Origin: Mobula hypostoma
Taxonomy: Eukaryota
DNA: 64,000 nucleotides
Assembly (NCBI RefSeq): GCF_963921235.1
Contig: NC_086120.1
Coordinates: 8,804,001 to 8,868,000, forward strand
Direction of reading: 5' to 3'
Shown in pieces: positions 13,401 through 26,389 of this stretch. Made by a program: the position numbers and the translations under genes. Numbering within the stretch: the stretch's first letter is position 1; each line of letters starts with the position of its first letter. The notes beneath the pieces were generated by a model that saw only the letters and a list, made by a program, of their open reading frames with translations, was not told the origin of the DNA and searched no databases.

Positions 13401-14430
13401 TTGTACAGGTCACTTCTGCCCCAAAAGAGGTCCCAGTGATACAGAAATCTGAATCCCTGCTCCCTACTCCAGTCCCTCAGCCATGCATTTACCCTCCACC
13501 TCACCTTATTCCTATAGTCACTGTCACGAGCACAGGCAGTAACCCTGAGATGACTACCTTTGTTGTCCTGCTTCTCAACTTCCTTCCTAACCTCCTGTAG
13601 TCTGCTTTCAGGACCTCCTCCCTTTTCCTGCCTATGTCATTGGTTCCAATATGTCCCACAACCTCTGGCTCTTCACCTTCCCACTTCAGGATATCATGAA
13701 TGCGATCAGAAATATTCCGGACCGTGGCACCTGGGAGGCAAACTACCATTCGTACTTCTTTCCTGCATCCACAGAATCACCTGTCTGACCCCTAACCATA
13801 GAGTCCCCGATCACAGCTGCCATCTTCTTCCTTTCCCTACTCTTCTGAGCCACAGGGCCAGACTCTGTGCCAGAGGCACGGCCACAGTTGTTTCCCCCAG
13901 GTAGGCCGTTCCCCCCAATTGTACTCAAACAGGAGTACTTATTGTTAAGGGTTACTGGCACAGGGGTGCTCTCTAGCCACTGACTCCTGTACTTCCCTCT
14001 CCTGACTGTTACCCACTTATCTGTGTCCCCAGGCCCCAGTGTGACAAGCTGCCTCTATCACCTCCTCACTCTCCCTGACCAGACAAAGGTCATCGAACTG
14101 CATCTCCAGTTCCCTATATTGGTCCTTATGGAGCTGCAGTTCGACACACCCGGCATAGATGTGGCCGTCCTGTAGACTGGTGTCTCCCAGACTCCCCACA
14201 TCTGACACCGAGCACAGAACACCAGCCTCACACACATACTTCCTGTCTGTAACCTGCACAGAAATCTACCTTGCCTTGACCCGTTATTGCCGAAGCCCCA
14301 TTGAGCCAAAGCCTTTTCTACTCTGTATTTCTCTACTCTGACACCCTCATGAAAAAGCTGTCTCCTTTTATACTCTTCTCACTATTCTCACTGGCTGATG
14401 TCCACACGCTTGCGCAGTCACGCCCCGATT
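10440..14430 (-). mobile_element. CR1-type LINE (ORF1, endonuclease, tether) interrupted by a Tc1 element
   Basis: ORF1 esterase motifs (AVIGDSMVRG, VVGHIGTNDIG) and endonuclease motifs (PTRGEAVLDLVLG, GDSDHNS). The flanks rejoin across 10780-12388 as GGAACATA|CCTACACAGAACTCC. Confidence 0.9.
10780..12388 (-). mobile_element. Tc1/mariner DNA transposon with about 200 bp IR/DR-type TIRs and a defective DD34E transposase
   Basis: TA duplication at 10778-79 and 12389-90; termini CAGTG..CACTG; inner direct repeats (GCAAAAGTTTGGGCACC); transposase motifs TDEVKIELFG, QQDNDPKH and SPDLNIIENLW. Confidence 0.95.
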
Positions 14431-14459
14431 GTCACGTCACACCTTTCTTCTTCCAGAAA

Positions 14460-15110
14460 TATGGTTGTCAATTCTCATGGCCATGTCCATCAATTCCTCC
14501 AAATACTCTTCCTGGTCCCTGGTTGCAAGAACTTCTTAATGCTGGTCATTTAATCCCTGTCTGAATAGAGCAATCAAAATCTCATTGTCCCAACCACTCT
14601 CTGCCACTAGGATACGGATATCAATGGAATAGTCGGCAATGGATCACACACCCTGATGCAGCTGGAGGAGTCTGCTGGGTGTCTCTGAGCCCCCGGCAGG
14701 TTGACAAAGGCCCCCGCACTCTTAGAAAGAAAGTTATATCAGATCACACAGGAGCATCTTTCTGCCATAAAGTTATTGAGCATGAAAGGGTCCGAGAGAA
14801 GGGAAATTATCTTGGCCACCTTGCTCCTGTCTGAGAGAACCTTTCACATTGTAATTCAAAGACAAGAGAGCATTGATTTAAGAACCCACTGTAAGAATAA
14901 GGGTCCCTATTTTATTGCTCCAGAGCCGGCAGGTTAATTGACTGTCCACGGAGGTTCTGGAAAAGCATAGCAGTGCACACAGTGAATGAACAAAAGCAGA
15001 GTCTTTTAAAATGTTGATGCAAGTATTTCACGAAGAAGCTGCTCATGTCATCCAACTGCTGATCCTTGGCAGGCCAGTGACATGCGAAGTTAATCAATCT
15101 CTGCTGGTTC
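14460..15110 (-). mobile_element. Decayed Ty3/Gypsy gag fragment
   Basis: Aligns by eye to the gag at 57950-58590 (IISLL..LSW..ALW region). Confidence 0.65.
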
Positions 15111-15639
15111 ATCTCACACACACAACTGACTACAAAGTCTATTTATTTTTGTTTATTTAGACATACCACATGGAATTGGCCCTCCCAGACGTTCACTCCA
15201 CACCACCCAGCAACTATTGATTTAAACCCAACCTGAATTAACCGTGAACAAAATCATCTGCAGCCCCAGCAGGAAATGAGCTGTTATTTTAAGGCGAGGG
15301 GCTGGCCAGAACTTAGCCAAGACGTTACTATCTGCCTTTTATATGACAATACCCAAATATCATAGTTTCTGTTCTACCCTTTTTTACTTTAAGAATCGAT
15401 CAGGCACTGGTTGTTTGAAGGGACATAATCTTTGATGCTATCCTTGAATTGTGACATTCAGAACAAGAATTGCTTCAGAAATTCTGTCATGTTGGTTGTC
15501 TGAGTAACTTTACCTCTCAGGTTTATTCACTGAATTTGGAAGGAAATGTTAATCAGAGCTGATGGGTTTAATTGGGTGGTGGTGAATTCACTCCCATTAC
15601 ATTTTCTGAGCCTGTTTCCCTTTCTATTGCAATCAAAAG

Positions 15640-18300
15640 AACAGAGAAATGAAGCAATGCTGTGTTTTCTCCATGCCGAGACCTCATCAGTGTTGGGTTT
15701 GGCTGGTGCTGCTCCCAGAACCCCTGCTGTGCTCATCATTCAACTGGAGTAGATGCCCTGGCTTGACAGTGAAGGAGGTTCAGGGATATGCTGGGCTGTG
15801 AGGTTACAGCTTATAGTGGTGGACAATTCTGCTGATGCTGATAGTCCAGAGAGCCTCAGAGATGCCCAGTACTGAGCTGTCAGCTGTTCTGGATTTATTC
15901 TCTGTAACATGTCTGTTATGCCATACAACATCATACAATAGAGGGAGTCCTCGATGTAGAAATGGGATTTGTCCCCATAAGGATGCTCCAAAGGCTACTT
16001 CTACCCATGCAATCATAGACAGACCATCTGTCACGGGTGGATTGGTGAGACTGATTTCAAAATGTTTCTCCCTGCTACTGTTCACTCTCTACCTGACACA
16101 GGCTCAGTCTGCAAGCTCGGTGCTTCAGAACTCTGCCAACTTCGCAGCAGAATGGCCAATTTCACTTTTAACCCCTCAGCTAATGCTGAAGACCCAGCCG
16201 GTAGGCCACCTAGTCCTTGACAACATTCAGTAATATGCTGATAAGTGACAAGAGATATTTACAACCTATTGTGTCAGGCAATGACAATCCCCAGGAACAC
16301 AGAATCTCAGCACAGAGCCTTGACATTCAATGACAGTGACATTGCTGAATCCTCCACTATCAATAACCTGAGGGTAAAAATTGTCCAGAAGCTCAAATGT
16401 TCCAGCCAGATAAATAGCTCAGACCCAGGATTAGGTCAGAGGCTGTTATATGGTGATGGGTGGATCACATTCTCATAACTCTCGGTCTTTCAACTATCCA
16501 TACAACACATCCAGGCATAATATGTTCAAATGTGCCATAGTGAGCACGGTTTCCTCAAAGGAAAATTTTGTCTAACAATTCTGCTGAAACTCTTTGAAGA
16601 AATAACAATCAGGATAGACAACGGAGAATCAGTGGATATTGTGTATTTGGATTTTCAGAAGGCATTCAACAAGGTGCGCGCGTGAGGCTGCTTAACAAGT
16701 TCAGAGTCCATGGTATTACAGGAATGATACTAGCATGGATAAAGCAGTGACTGATTGGCAGCAGGCAAAAAGTGGGAATAAAGGGAGCCATTTCTGGTTG
16801 GCTGCCAGTGACGACGTGTGCTCTACAGGGGGTGTGTTGGCACTGCTTCTTTTCTGTTATATAACAGTAACTTGGATGACAGAATTGTTGGCTTTGTGGC
16901 AAGGTTTATGGACAATACAAAGATCGGGTGAGCGGCAGGTAGGTTTGAGGAAGTAGAGGGGCTAGAGAAGGACTTAGACAGATTAGGAGGATGGGTAAAG
17001 AAGTGGCAGATGGAATACAGTTTTGGGAAGTGTATAGTCAAACACTTTGTTAGAGGAAGTAAAAGTTTAGACAGTTTTTATAAATGGAGAGAAGATGCAA
17101 AAATATGAGATGCAAAGGGGCTTGGGACTCCTTGTGCAGGATTCTCTGCAGGTTAATTTGCAGGTTGAGTCAATGGAGAAGAAGGCTAATGAGATGTTAG
17201 CATTCATTTCAAGAGGATGAGAATATAAAAGCAATGATATAATGTTAAGGCTTTATAAAGCACTGGTAAGACTTCATTTGGAGTATTGCAAGCAGTTTTG
17301 GGCCGCTTATCTAAGAAAGGATATGCTGAAACTAGAGCAGGTTCGACGTACGTTCATGAAAGTGTTTCTAGGATTGAAAAATGTGTCATACGAAGAGTGT
17401 TTGATGGCTCTGGACCTGTACTCGCAGGAATTCAAAAGAATGAGGGTTGACCTCATTGAAACCTATCAGATGTTGAAAGGGTTTAATAGAGTGGATGAGG
17501 AGAGGATGTTTCGCATGATGGAGGGCCTAAGACCAGAGGACACATCCTCAGAATAGAGGAGCATTCTGTTAGAATGCACATGAGGAGGAACTTGTAGCTA
17601 GAGAGTGGTGAATCTATGGAATTCGTTGCCACAGGTGGCTGCAGAGGCCAAGTCATTGGGTATATTTTAAGGCAGAGATTGATAGATTCTTGTAGAGTCT
17701 GGGCATGACGGGATATGAGAGAAGGCAGGAGATTGGGGCTGAGAGGGATAATGGATCAGCCATGACGAAATGGCGGAGCAGACTTAATGGGCCAAATGGC
17801 CTAAATCAGTTCCTATATCTATGGTCTTATTATATCTAATCATGGAGTATTCTTCACTGACTGGGTTGACAACAGTCCGAATAACTCAAAAGAAGTTCAG
17901 TGTCATCTTGGACAAAGTAGCCCTATTGATCACACCTCCCAGAATAACTCCTCTTAACATTCACTCATTCCACTACTGTCACAGTGGCTGCAGGGTGGGA
18001 AATCTGAAGTTATATACTCAATTCCTCTGACTGTACCTCCCAAACAGTGGCCAAGGTCTCCAGGAAGGGCAAGTGTAGGCGATGTAGAAGATTACCAGCT
18101 CCTCAGGCACCCTCTCAAACTGGCATCCTGGCCTGAATGTATCGCCAGTCTTTCAATTTACCTGATGGAACATCCTCCCCAACGTCACTGTGAGAGCACC
18201 TTCCTCAGAAGGTTGGCAGCGAGTCCAGTCCATGGTTCACCACCACTCCATGAGGGATGGGTAATTGATATTGGCCTTGACAGTGATGCCCAAATCCCAG
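15640..18300. mobile_element. Old LINE with an inverted endonuclease/tether segment (15640-16190, minus) joined to the RT 3' part (plus), split by a CR1 insertion
   Basis: Strand switch near 16190; the RT tail resumes near 17840 after the inserted CR1. Confidence 0.55.
16530..17822 (+). mobile_element. CR1 RT 3' half and 3' UTR
   Basis: LDFQKAF and MLRLYKALVRLHLEYC motifs; ends in the CCTATATCTATGGTCTT-type CR1 tail. Confidence 0.85.
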
Positions 18301-18849
18301 GAATGTATTTTAAATATTCAAGAAATCTGCATAGACCTAAGATGATAACTTACTGAATCATATTTTCATTTGTTCACAGATTTTCTGTCCTAAAACTTTG
18401 ATCTTCTCATACTGAAAACTTGATGATTTTTTCTTGGAATATAAATATTGAGAATGGAGGGAGCTAAGTGGGAATTGATAGACTTGCTGACGGGGGTAGC
18501 TTTCAAGATCAGGCGTCTGGTTCCTGGTGAAACATGCAAATGCAAAACTAGATGCAAAGCCTCCGGCCTAGATTATTGCATCTGGTTCTCCCAATGTAGC
18601 TTCCCCAGCATTGGTGAAGCATGGCACTTTCTTGAGCATCTGTGTTCTGTCTGCCATGACTATCTGTGGCACCCAGTTGTTATCCATTTAATTTTCAAAC
18701 CTGTTCTGACACTGACGTGTCTGTGCTCAGCCTCGTCCTCTTCCATGGCAAAGATAAACACAAAATAGTGGACCATCACCTTCTATGCCACCTGGATAGA
18801 CTACAGCCTAATGGCATGAGAACTGAATTCTCTAATTTCCAGTCAACTG

Positions 18850-19350
18850 TTCCTCCTCTCTTCCTTTTTTTCCCTCTCCTGGTCTAGCCATTTTTCCTAA
18901 GCTCTCCCTATCTTCTAACACTCAATTTCTGTACCTTACTCTACCTACAACATCTGCCCATGACCCATACACTTGATCCACTACGTCTCCCCTCCCTCAC
19001 CATTCCCATCTGCCCTCCCCATCTTCCTCACTTGTTTCCATTACCCAACTTCCCATCCTATCAGATTCCATCATCTTCAGCCCTTGTTTCCTCTGTCTAT
19101 CACCTCCTATCTTTGTCATCATTTCCACCTTCCCTTTCTCCATCTATCTGTCACCCCCCACCCTTAACATTGATCCATTTCTCACTTGCTACCTCTGGTT
19201 CCACCCTTTCCCTTCACCATTTTATACTGGATATCTGCCCTCTTGTCACTCAGTCTAGATGAAAGGACCATACCCAATACATCTATTGTCCATTTCCCTC
19301 CACAGATGCTGCCTTACCTGCTGTATTCCCCCAACATCTTGCTTTTTTAA
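18850..19350 (+). mobile_element. Penelope-like element 3' fragment
   Basis: Pyrimidine-rich tract ending in CAGTCT.GATGAAAGG..ACAGATGCTGCC, the same terminal module as 43356-43590. Confidence 0.55.
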
Positions 19351-20189
19351 TATTTGTTTTTTTCTGCTCAGGACAAGACAACTCACTCATCCCAGAAATT
19401 TACCTCCAGCTTTCTCCATGCTTGCCAATCCAGTGCCCCATGCACTGTCCTTCCTTCCTTGTGTCGGGCAGAATTTCCCTTCCAGAACTCCAGAAATCTT
19501 TTTGTAGTGGATCCAGCCAAACATTTCACTCACTTTGCTTGACAATGGGCACAGGTCTCAATCAAGCACCCAGATAAAATGAGCAGGTATCTCATAGGAG
19601 AAAATGCTCACCTGCAGTGCAACACTCACAAATTGCTGGAGGAACTCGGCACATCAGGCAGTGTCTAAGGAAATGAAAGAACAGTCAACATTTGTTACAA
19701 GCACTGTGGAACCTGTATCTAGTTTGAGTCAATCCTGTCAAATGTGGTCCAGCCACTTTATCCCATCCACACTTATTCTGTAATCCAGTGGAGTATCATT
19801 GTCCACCTGGGGGTTCTTGGTCTTGGTAATGTACAATTGGACAAACTTATACCTTATTCTTCCATTTAGAACAAATACCACCAAATTGAATGAGAGACCT
19901 CGCTTGACTTTGTCTGCTGACATGATACTGCAAAAGTTTCTGCTCTGCATTTAATACAGAAATCCCCACCAGACCTGATATCAAAATCGTTCACTGTAGT
20001 ATTGTCAAACGTTGTCTGTAGACCACGATTCCTATTGATTGAAAGGGGGACTTGTTCAATTCAGACTGGAGAATACTTCCTAAATAGATACCATTTTATT
20101 CACTCTAATTCAATGCTGGTGGATTCAATAACACAGATGAACCACACAATAAAAATACCACACCACTTCTTAAGTACCTTTGCCTCACT

Positions 20190-21400
20190 TTAAGCTTTGT
20201 GGTCTGTGCCAAAGTCCCTTGGCTGACACATCACACACTGATCCTTTCTCCAACATGGCAGTCATCCAGACTTCAACATTTTGAGAGGCTGGTCAGGGCG
20301 CTCAATAACTTCATCATCCCAGTCAACCTCAGCCCACTGCAATTCGTCCATGGTGGACATCATCTCCCTGACTCTACAGCCAACTCTGCAGCATCTGGAC
20401 AGTAAAGACAGCTATGTTAGTCCATTGTTTATTGACTACAGCCCCGGCTTCAATATTGTCATCCCAGGCAAATTCATCTCAAAAATCCAAGACCTCCTTT
20501 TTCAACAGGAAGTTTGACTTCCTGACCAAGAGATCCCAATCCGTAAAGCTAGACAGCACCACCACTGCCAAGAGTATTTTCCACACTGGTGTTCCACAAG
20601 ATTTTGTAGTCAGGCACTACTCTACTCCCTGTCCAAAGTTCAAAGTTCAAAGTAAATTATTTATCAAAGTATATATGACATATTCAACCTGGAAATGATA
20701 TTCATCTGCAGTCAATACTGCACAGTCCAACTTTGCTCCAAAACATTGGTGGGCCATAACTCAAAGAACAATGAGCCGGAATACAAGAAGATGACAGAGA
20801 GCTCAGTAACATGGTGTTATGACAACACCCTTTCTCTCAATGTCAACCAAGCAAATGATCCAGTCAGTTACTTCAGGAATTGACGAGATCATTGGCATAT
20901 GATCCTGTCCATATCAATAGTACTGAGACAGTTGCACATACATCTCAGCACATCAAGAAAACCATCCTCTCCTCCATGGACTCTGTCTATATTTCTTGCT
21001 GCCTCATTAAAGCAACCAGCATAATCAAAGACCCTTTCCTCCTTGGACATTATCTCTTAACTCCTTTCTCATCAGGCTAATCAGAAAAAGTTTGAAAGCA
21101 TGTACCAGCAGGCTCGAGAATATCTTCTACTTGCTTTTATAAAACTATTGAAGGATCCTCTAGTACGATAAGAAAGATCCTTGACTTTGCAATCCACCTC
21201 ATTCTGATCTTGCGCTTACTGTCTACCTGCTCTGCATTTTCTCTACGGTTGCTACACTTTACTCTGAATTCCATTATTGTATTTCCTTGTACTACTTCAA
21301 TGTGCTGTACAATGGTACCTCTGTGCATGTGACAATAGTAAACCAATTCCAGTTCAAAATCCAATTCAGGAAGCGGTTGAACTTTTGATCTCATCAGTTC
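20190..21400 (+). mobile_element. Rex1/L2-type LINE RT fragment
   Basis: QHFERLV, LSPLQF, LFIDYS.GFN and TGVPQ motifs, all frameshifted. Confidence 0.7.
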
Positions 21401-21807
21401 GGGGATAGAAGATGTCTGATCTTAAAACCTGCCTCCTTCCATTTTTTCATACAAACCAATCTGCAAGAATCTGGCTCTTATGACGAACATCTATAACTGA
21501 ATTAAACTGTGATTCAGTAAATGTACGAATGGGTGTACATTGATTTCTCAATTTTAAAAATCCATTGCTAGAATCTGGGCATCACTGGCAGGCCCAGTAT
21601 CCTTTGCTCATCCTGTGAACGATGGTGGTGAACTGTACAGTTATACTGTTGCTGAACTGGGGAAGGTATTCTGACAGTGATATCAGAGAGAATATTCCTG
21701 ACCTTCAGTGGTGGATCAGTGATGCATTTCCAGGTCTTGATGGTTTGCAAGTTGGAGGAGCTATCGCAGCTGGTGGTGCTTGTCTGCATCTACTTCATCC
21801 TCTAAAC

Positions 21808-24017
21808 CAGTGACTCCCAATGGGGGCAGTTATGCGTCCTAAGGGGGCATTAGGAGAAAAAGAAGTATACCGGGATGCATTCAAGATCCTTGGGGGCGGG
21901 GGGGGGGGGAGGGAGGCAAGCGGCACCCTTTCATGGCACTATAATTATGAGACCTTATGTGATTGGTCAATTGCGCTAACTTGAATAGTATAATTGCTTG
22001 CCAACACTACCTCCATCCTGCCTACCATTCAGATTCTAATCTGATTCCTTGTTAATGTAATTTTCACTTTTCTGATCATCTTCATCTTCACCTCTTCACT
22101 CCTTTGTGTGCAACTACCATCATTCTACCCATGCCAACTCACTGCCATCATCAACATGCGAGAGGCATTCCCAGTTTGTGTTAATTTGTTATTTTAATTT
22201 AACCCTGTTTATGATGGATAAATATGTACCGCATGATCTCTACAAGTCTGAAGGCAATGAAGCCTTCAATTCTAATCCTGCTGAGAAACAGAAACAACAG
22301 AAAGTGCAAGAATGCAATGTTACATACCTGGAGTCTGGTTTAATTTCATTCCCATCAGATCAGCAATGCTTCATGTGTCTATTTGTAATACTGTGGTATC
22401 TAATGAAACCATGAAACTATCGAGTTTGCAGGAATACTTCCATAAACGACGTCATAAAAAAGCTAATTATGGTATTACCCAGTTCCACAAAGTGAAAGAA
22501 GTGTTTGGCTGGAGTCATCTGTCAGGAAATTTAAAGATGACCTTAATAGTGGTCTGGTGGCTTCTTCCAGTATTTCTAAAATGATAGCAAAATGTGAAAA
22601 ATCTCATCCTATCAGTGAAAATTTAATAATGCCTGCTGTATCAGAAGTGCTCACCACTGATCTCAAAATAGACAGCAGTATTTTAAAATCTATTCCTCTG
22701 AGTAATAATTCTGTAGCTAGTTGTGTTGACGAAATGAGTGAAGACATTGATATCGTCTATGCACAGTGCTATAAGAAACTGAATTTGGGATACAACTGGA
22801 TGAGCCAACTGTGCAAAACAACGAGACATTGCTAATGGCATATTTACGGTCTATCAAAAATGGAAAAGTTTATGAAGAGATTCTCTATTGTGAAAAGATA
22901 AAAACAAAAAACAACAGAAAATCAATCTATGATGAGACCAAAATGTATACTGAGGATAAAGGTATTCTAGTTAGGACCATGATTTCTTGTGCATCAGATG
23001 GAGCACCATATATGACAGATGGCTGTCAAAAGGCTGCTGCTTAAAATGTTTCTTCAACCTTTTGGACACTGTGGTCGAATTTTTGCTCAAAGTTGACAAG
23101 AACTTAGAACAAGATTAAACTTCTACATGGAGATGTGGCATACCTAGGCAATCTGTATGACAAAATGAGCCTTCTAAATATGAAACTGCAAACTGCAAAG
23201 CGAGAATATTAAATTAATCCAGGCAATAAATACTGAGCTACTTTTATCGGAAAATTGGAAATATACATGTACGCAAAACACTGGAAGAAGAACATTTACA
23301 CAATTTCCCTGCATGGATAGTATGGCACTCTCTTTCACAGACAATGATTCAAAAGAGTACTGCTTATACCTGCAGTCACTGAAGAAGGATGTTCAGAATG
23401 GATTCAAGGATTTGAACAATCTTTAAATTCCAGACTGGGTCATTAACCCATTTCTTTGCATGGTGGATGAACAGGAAGAGAGCTTGCAAAAAGAAATGAA
23501 CAAAATTCACAATGATGAAGAAGCAAAAATAATTTTTTAAAATGTTGGCTTTTGTTATATGTGGTTACACTGTCATACGAAGTTCCCTGGTCTTTGGAGA
23601 AGAACCGAACTGCTCTTCATTGCACCTCCATCCTCCTACCTTGTTAAAAGTGGTTTCAGTGCAGTGAACCACATACTCACAAAAAGAAAACTGAAACTGC
23701 TTGGACGTTGTTATATGTGGGGATGTAAAGCTTTAGCTATCACAACTTGAAACATATATTTCAACTCTTGCTAAAAACCATCAAGCTCAAGGATCACATT
23801 GATATCGAAGCTGTTGTACAGTGCACAGGTACTGTGTAAGCTAGTTTTAAAGAAAAATAAGAATTTAAAGCAGAATCAATTTTCCCATGTCAGCATGTGA
23901 TAGACATGTTTTTAAACCATGGAGGTGACAGAAAGTACATTGTGCCTAAGAGCAGTGTTGGCAAGTATGAAGATGCTTAAAGGGGGGCATTGGGCTAAAA
24001 ATGATTGCAAAACACTG
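21808..24017 (+). mobile_element. hAT (Charlie/Buster-type) DNA transposon, defective
   Basis: CAGTG...CACTG termini; 8-bp imperfect TSD CTCTAAAC / CTCTAGGT with central TA; transposase fragments ENLIMPA, IPLSNNSV, DGAPYM and PSSYLVKSGFSAV. Nested in a LINE (about 21570-21800 and 24020-24720). Confidence 0.85.
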
Positions 24018-26389
24018 CTCTAGGTGGTCTAGCTGGTGTTTGAGAGGTGAGTGAATAACTGAGGTACACCTTGTACTGCTACTCTGCTACTCTGGGAAGA
24101 GGTGGAGGGAATGAATACTTCAGTTAATTTTGAGGTACTAGTCACTAGTCATACAGGGTGATGTAGAGATTCTTGAGAATCGTTGGGATTGCACTCATCC
24201 AAGTAAGCGGAAAATATTCCATCAAACCTCTACCTACTGAATATAAAAAAATGTAAATATCTTGTGATGGCAAGAGGTGAGTTACCCATTACAGAATATC
24301 CAGCCTTTGAGCCAATCCTGGGACAATGGTATTTATTTCAATAGTCCACATAATTTTCCAGTCAACGTGAACTCTTGGGATATTTATGGTAGAGGATTTA
24401 GCAATGTTAATGTTATTGAATGTCAATCCTAGGGAGTTAGATTCTCTGTTCTTGGAGATAGTCATTGCCTGACACTATGGGTGCAAATATCAGTTGTCAC
24501 TGATCAGCCCATGACTGAATGTTGTCGACGTCTGGATGGTATACAGGCTGGGACTGAAGCATTAGCTGAGGGGTTACAAGTGGAACTCAACATTCTGCAA
24601 ATGTCTGTGAACACCCCACTGCTGACTTTATGATGGGAGGAAGGTCACTGATGAAGCAGTTGGGATGAGTATACTTCCCAGAGGAACTTCTGCAATGATG
24701 ATAAACCCAAGAGATGCTGCAGATGTTGGAAGTCCATCATCCTGCAGAGATGTCCTGGTTCTGGGTTGCTTGATATTACATTGTGCAAAGCGTGGCTCCA
24801 GAAATACACAGGAGCAGGAGAGACAAAATGGCAATTTCACCCTCACCATCCTGGGTGTGTCTTGTCCTAAAATACTCTTTAGAGGTGGGGGCACAGTTGT
24901 GTACCAGCAGGGGAGAGGAGCCCTTGGTGCCTAGAGCATTGAATCAAGACCCACTGAAGTCTCATAACATCAAGAGAAACATGGACACGGAGACCTCCTC
25001 CTGATTACTATCTCCAGGCCTCCCTCCACGGATGAATCAATGTTCCCTAGGTTGAGCAACACAGAATAAGTACTAATAGAAGCAAGTACACAGAATGTTT
25101 ACTGGGACTTCTATGGTGGTCACCAAGAGTGGTTGGGTTGCACCAACACACACTGAGTTGGCCAAGTCCTGAAGGACAGAGCTTCGAGTGAGAGCCTGCA
25201 GCAGGCAATGAATGAACAACAGCAGAGAGAAACATACTTGACCTCAACCTCACCAATCCACATATGGAAGATTCTTCTGTCAATGATCGTACTGATAGAT
25301 GTGATCAATAGGTTGTTGGAAAGTAGAGAGCAGTTAATGGAAGCCATATTCTACAACTCTCTTCATTTCTATACTGGGGGTTTACTGACCGTCGCACAGT
25401 TAAACTATCGACCTCACTAACATTTTCTGCCCCTGGAATTCAGTGAATAAATCTGGTGAGTGGAGTTAATCTGACAACCAATATGGCACAATTTCTAAAG
25501 GAATTCTTGTTTTCACTGCCATTACTCAAGGGGAGAACCAGAGATAATGTCTCTTTAAAGGTCAAGTGCTTCACAGATACTTAAAATAATATCAGGTAGA
25601 ACAGAAACTGTGATATTTGGCAGAAATGGCAAATGTAAGCATTCTGGGCTGTCCCTCTCCTTAAAATAACAGCTCATATCCTGCTGTGGCCACAGATGTT
25701 TGTTGTTTTCATACCCAGGCAGCAGCTGCTCTAAACTGCACCAAAGCTGTTATTTTTTTTTTATTGGGAAGCAATTTTTATTTATAGAATTGTTCTTTAA
25801 AATAGGTTGTTTCTCCCACATTAACAATAATATCCAATTTCCCATGGAATACTTTCTCACTGTGTTCAATTCCAGGCCTCCTCCATTCCCAGTGTAAACT
25901 GCTGCAGGACAAACTCACAGCAGCCTTGCCTCACCCAGTCAAACTTTTTATATTGAAATGAGTGCAGCTGGCTTTCAAAGTAGTATTTTCATTCCAAGGA
26001 TCAGAAAATCCTGGTTAAGTTTTATCAATGACTAGAATTTCGGGTCTTAATATTCTACAGTCCGTTGATAACAAGTTGATAACAAACTGTCAGATTGTAT
26101 TAGTGCTGTTGTACTCCTAAAATATCAGACTCTATAGAGTGAAGTAGGATAATTTCTGGTTGAAACACTGGAAACAAACAGTAATATTGTCTAAACAATA
26201 ACTGAAGTGTTTACTTATATTTACAGCAAGTTTCCATGTTAAACATTTTTTGGCAGTACTTTCTATGAGGGGAATGTTTCAGAATCAGAATCATATTTAA
26301 TATCACTGGCATACGTTATGAAATTGGGTGTTTTGCAGCAACACTACATTACAATCCATAATAATTTAATAAATGATAAATTTCAATAA

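Noticed and set aside
18534-18541. Perfect octamer ATGCAAAT
   Set aside because: Isolated, with no leader or V exon nearby; about two such 8-mers are expected by chance in 64 kb.
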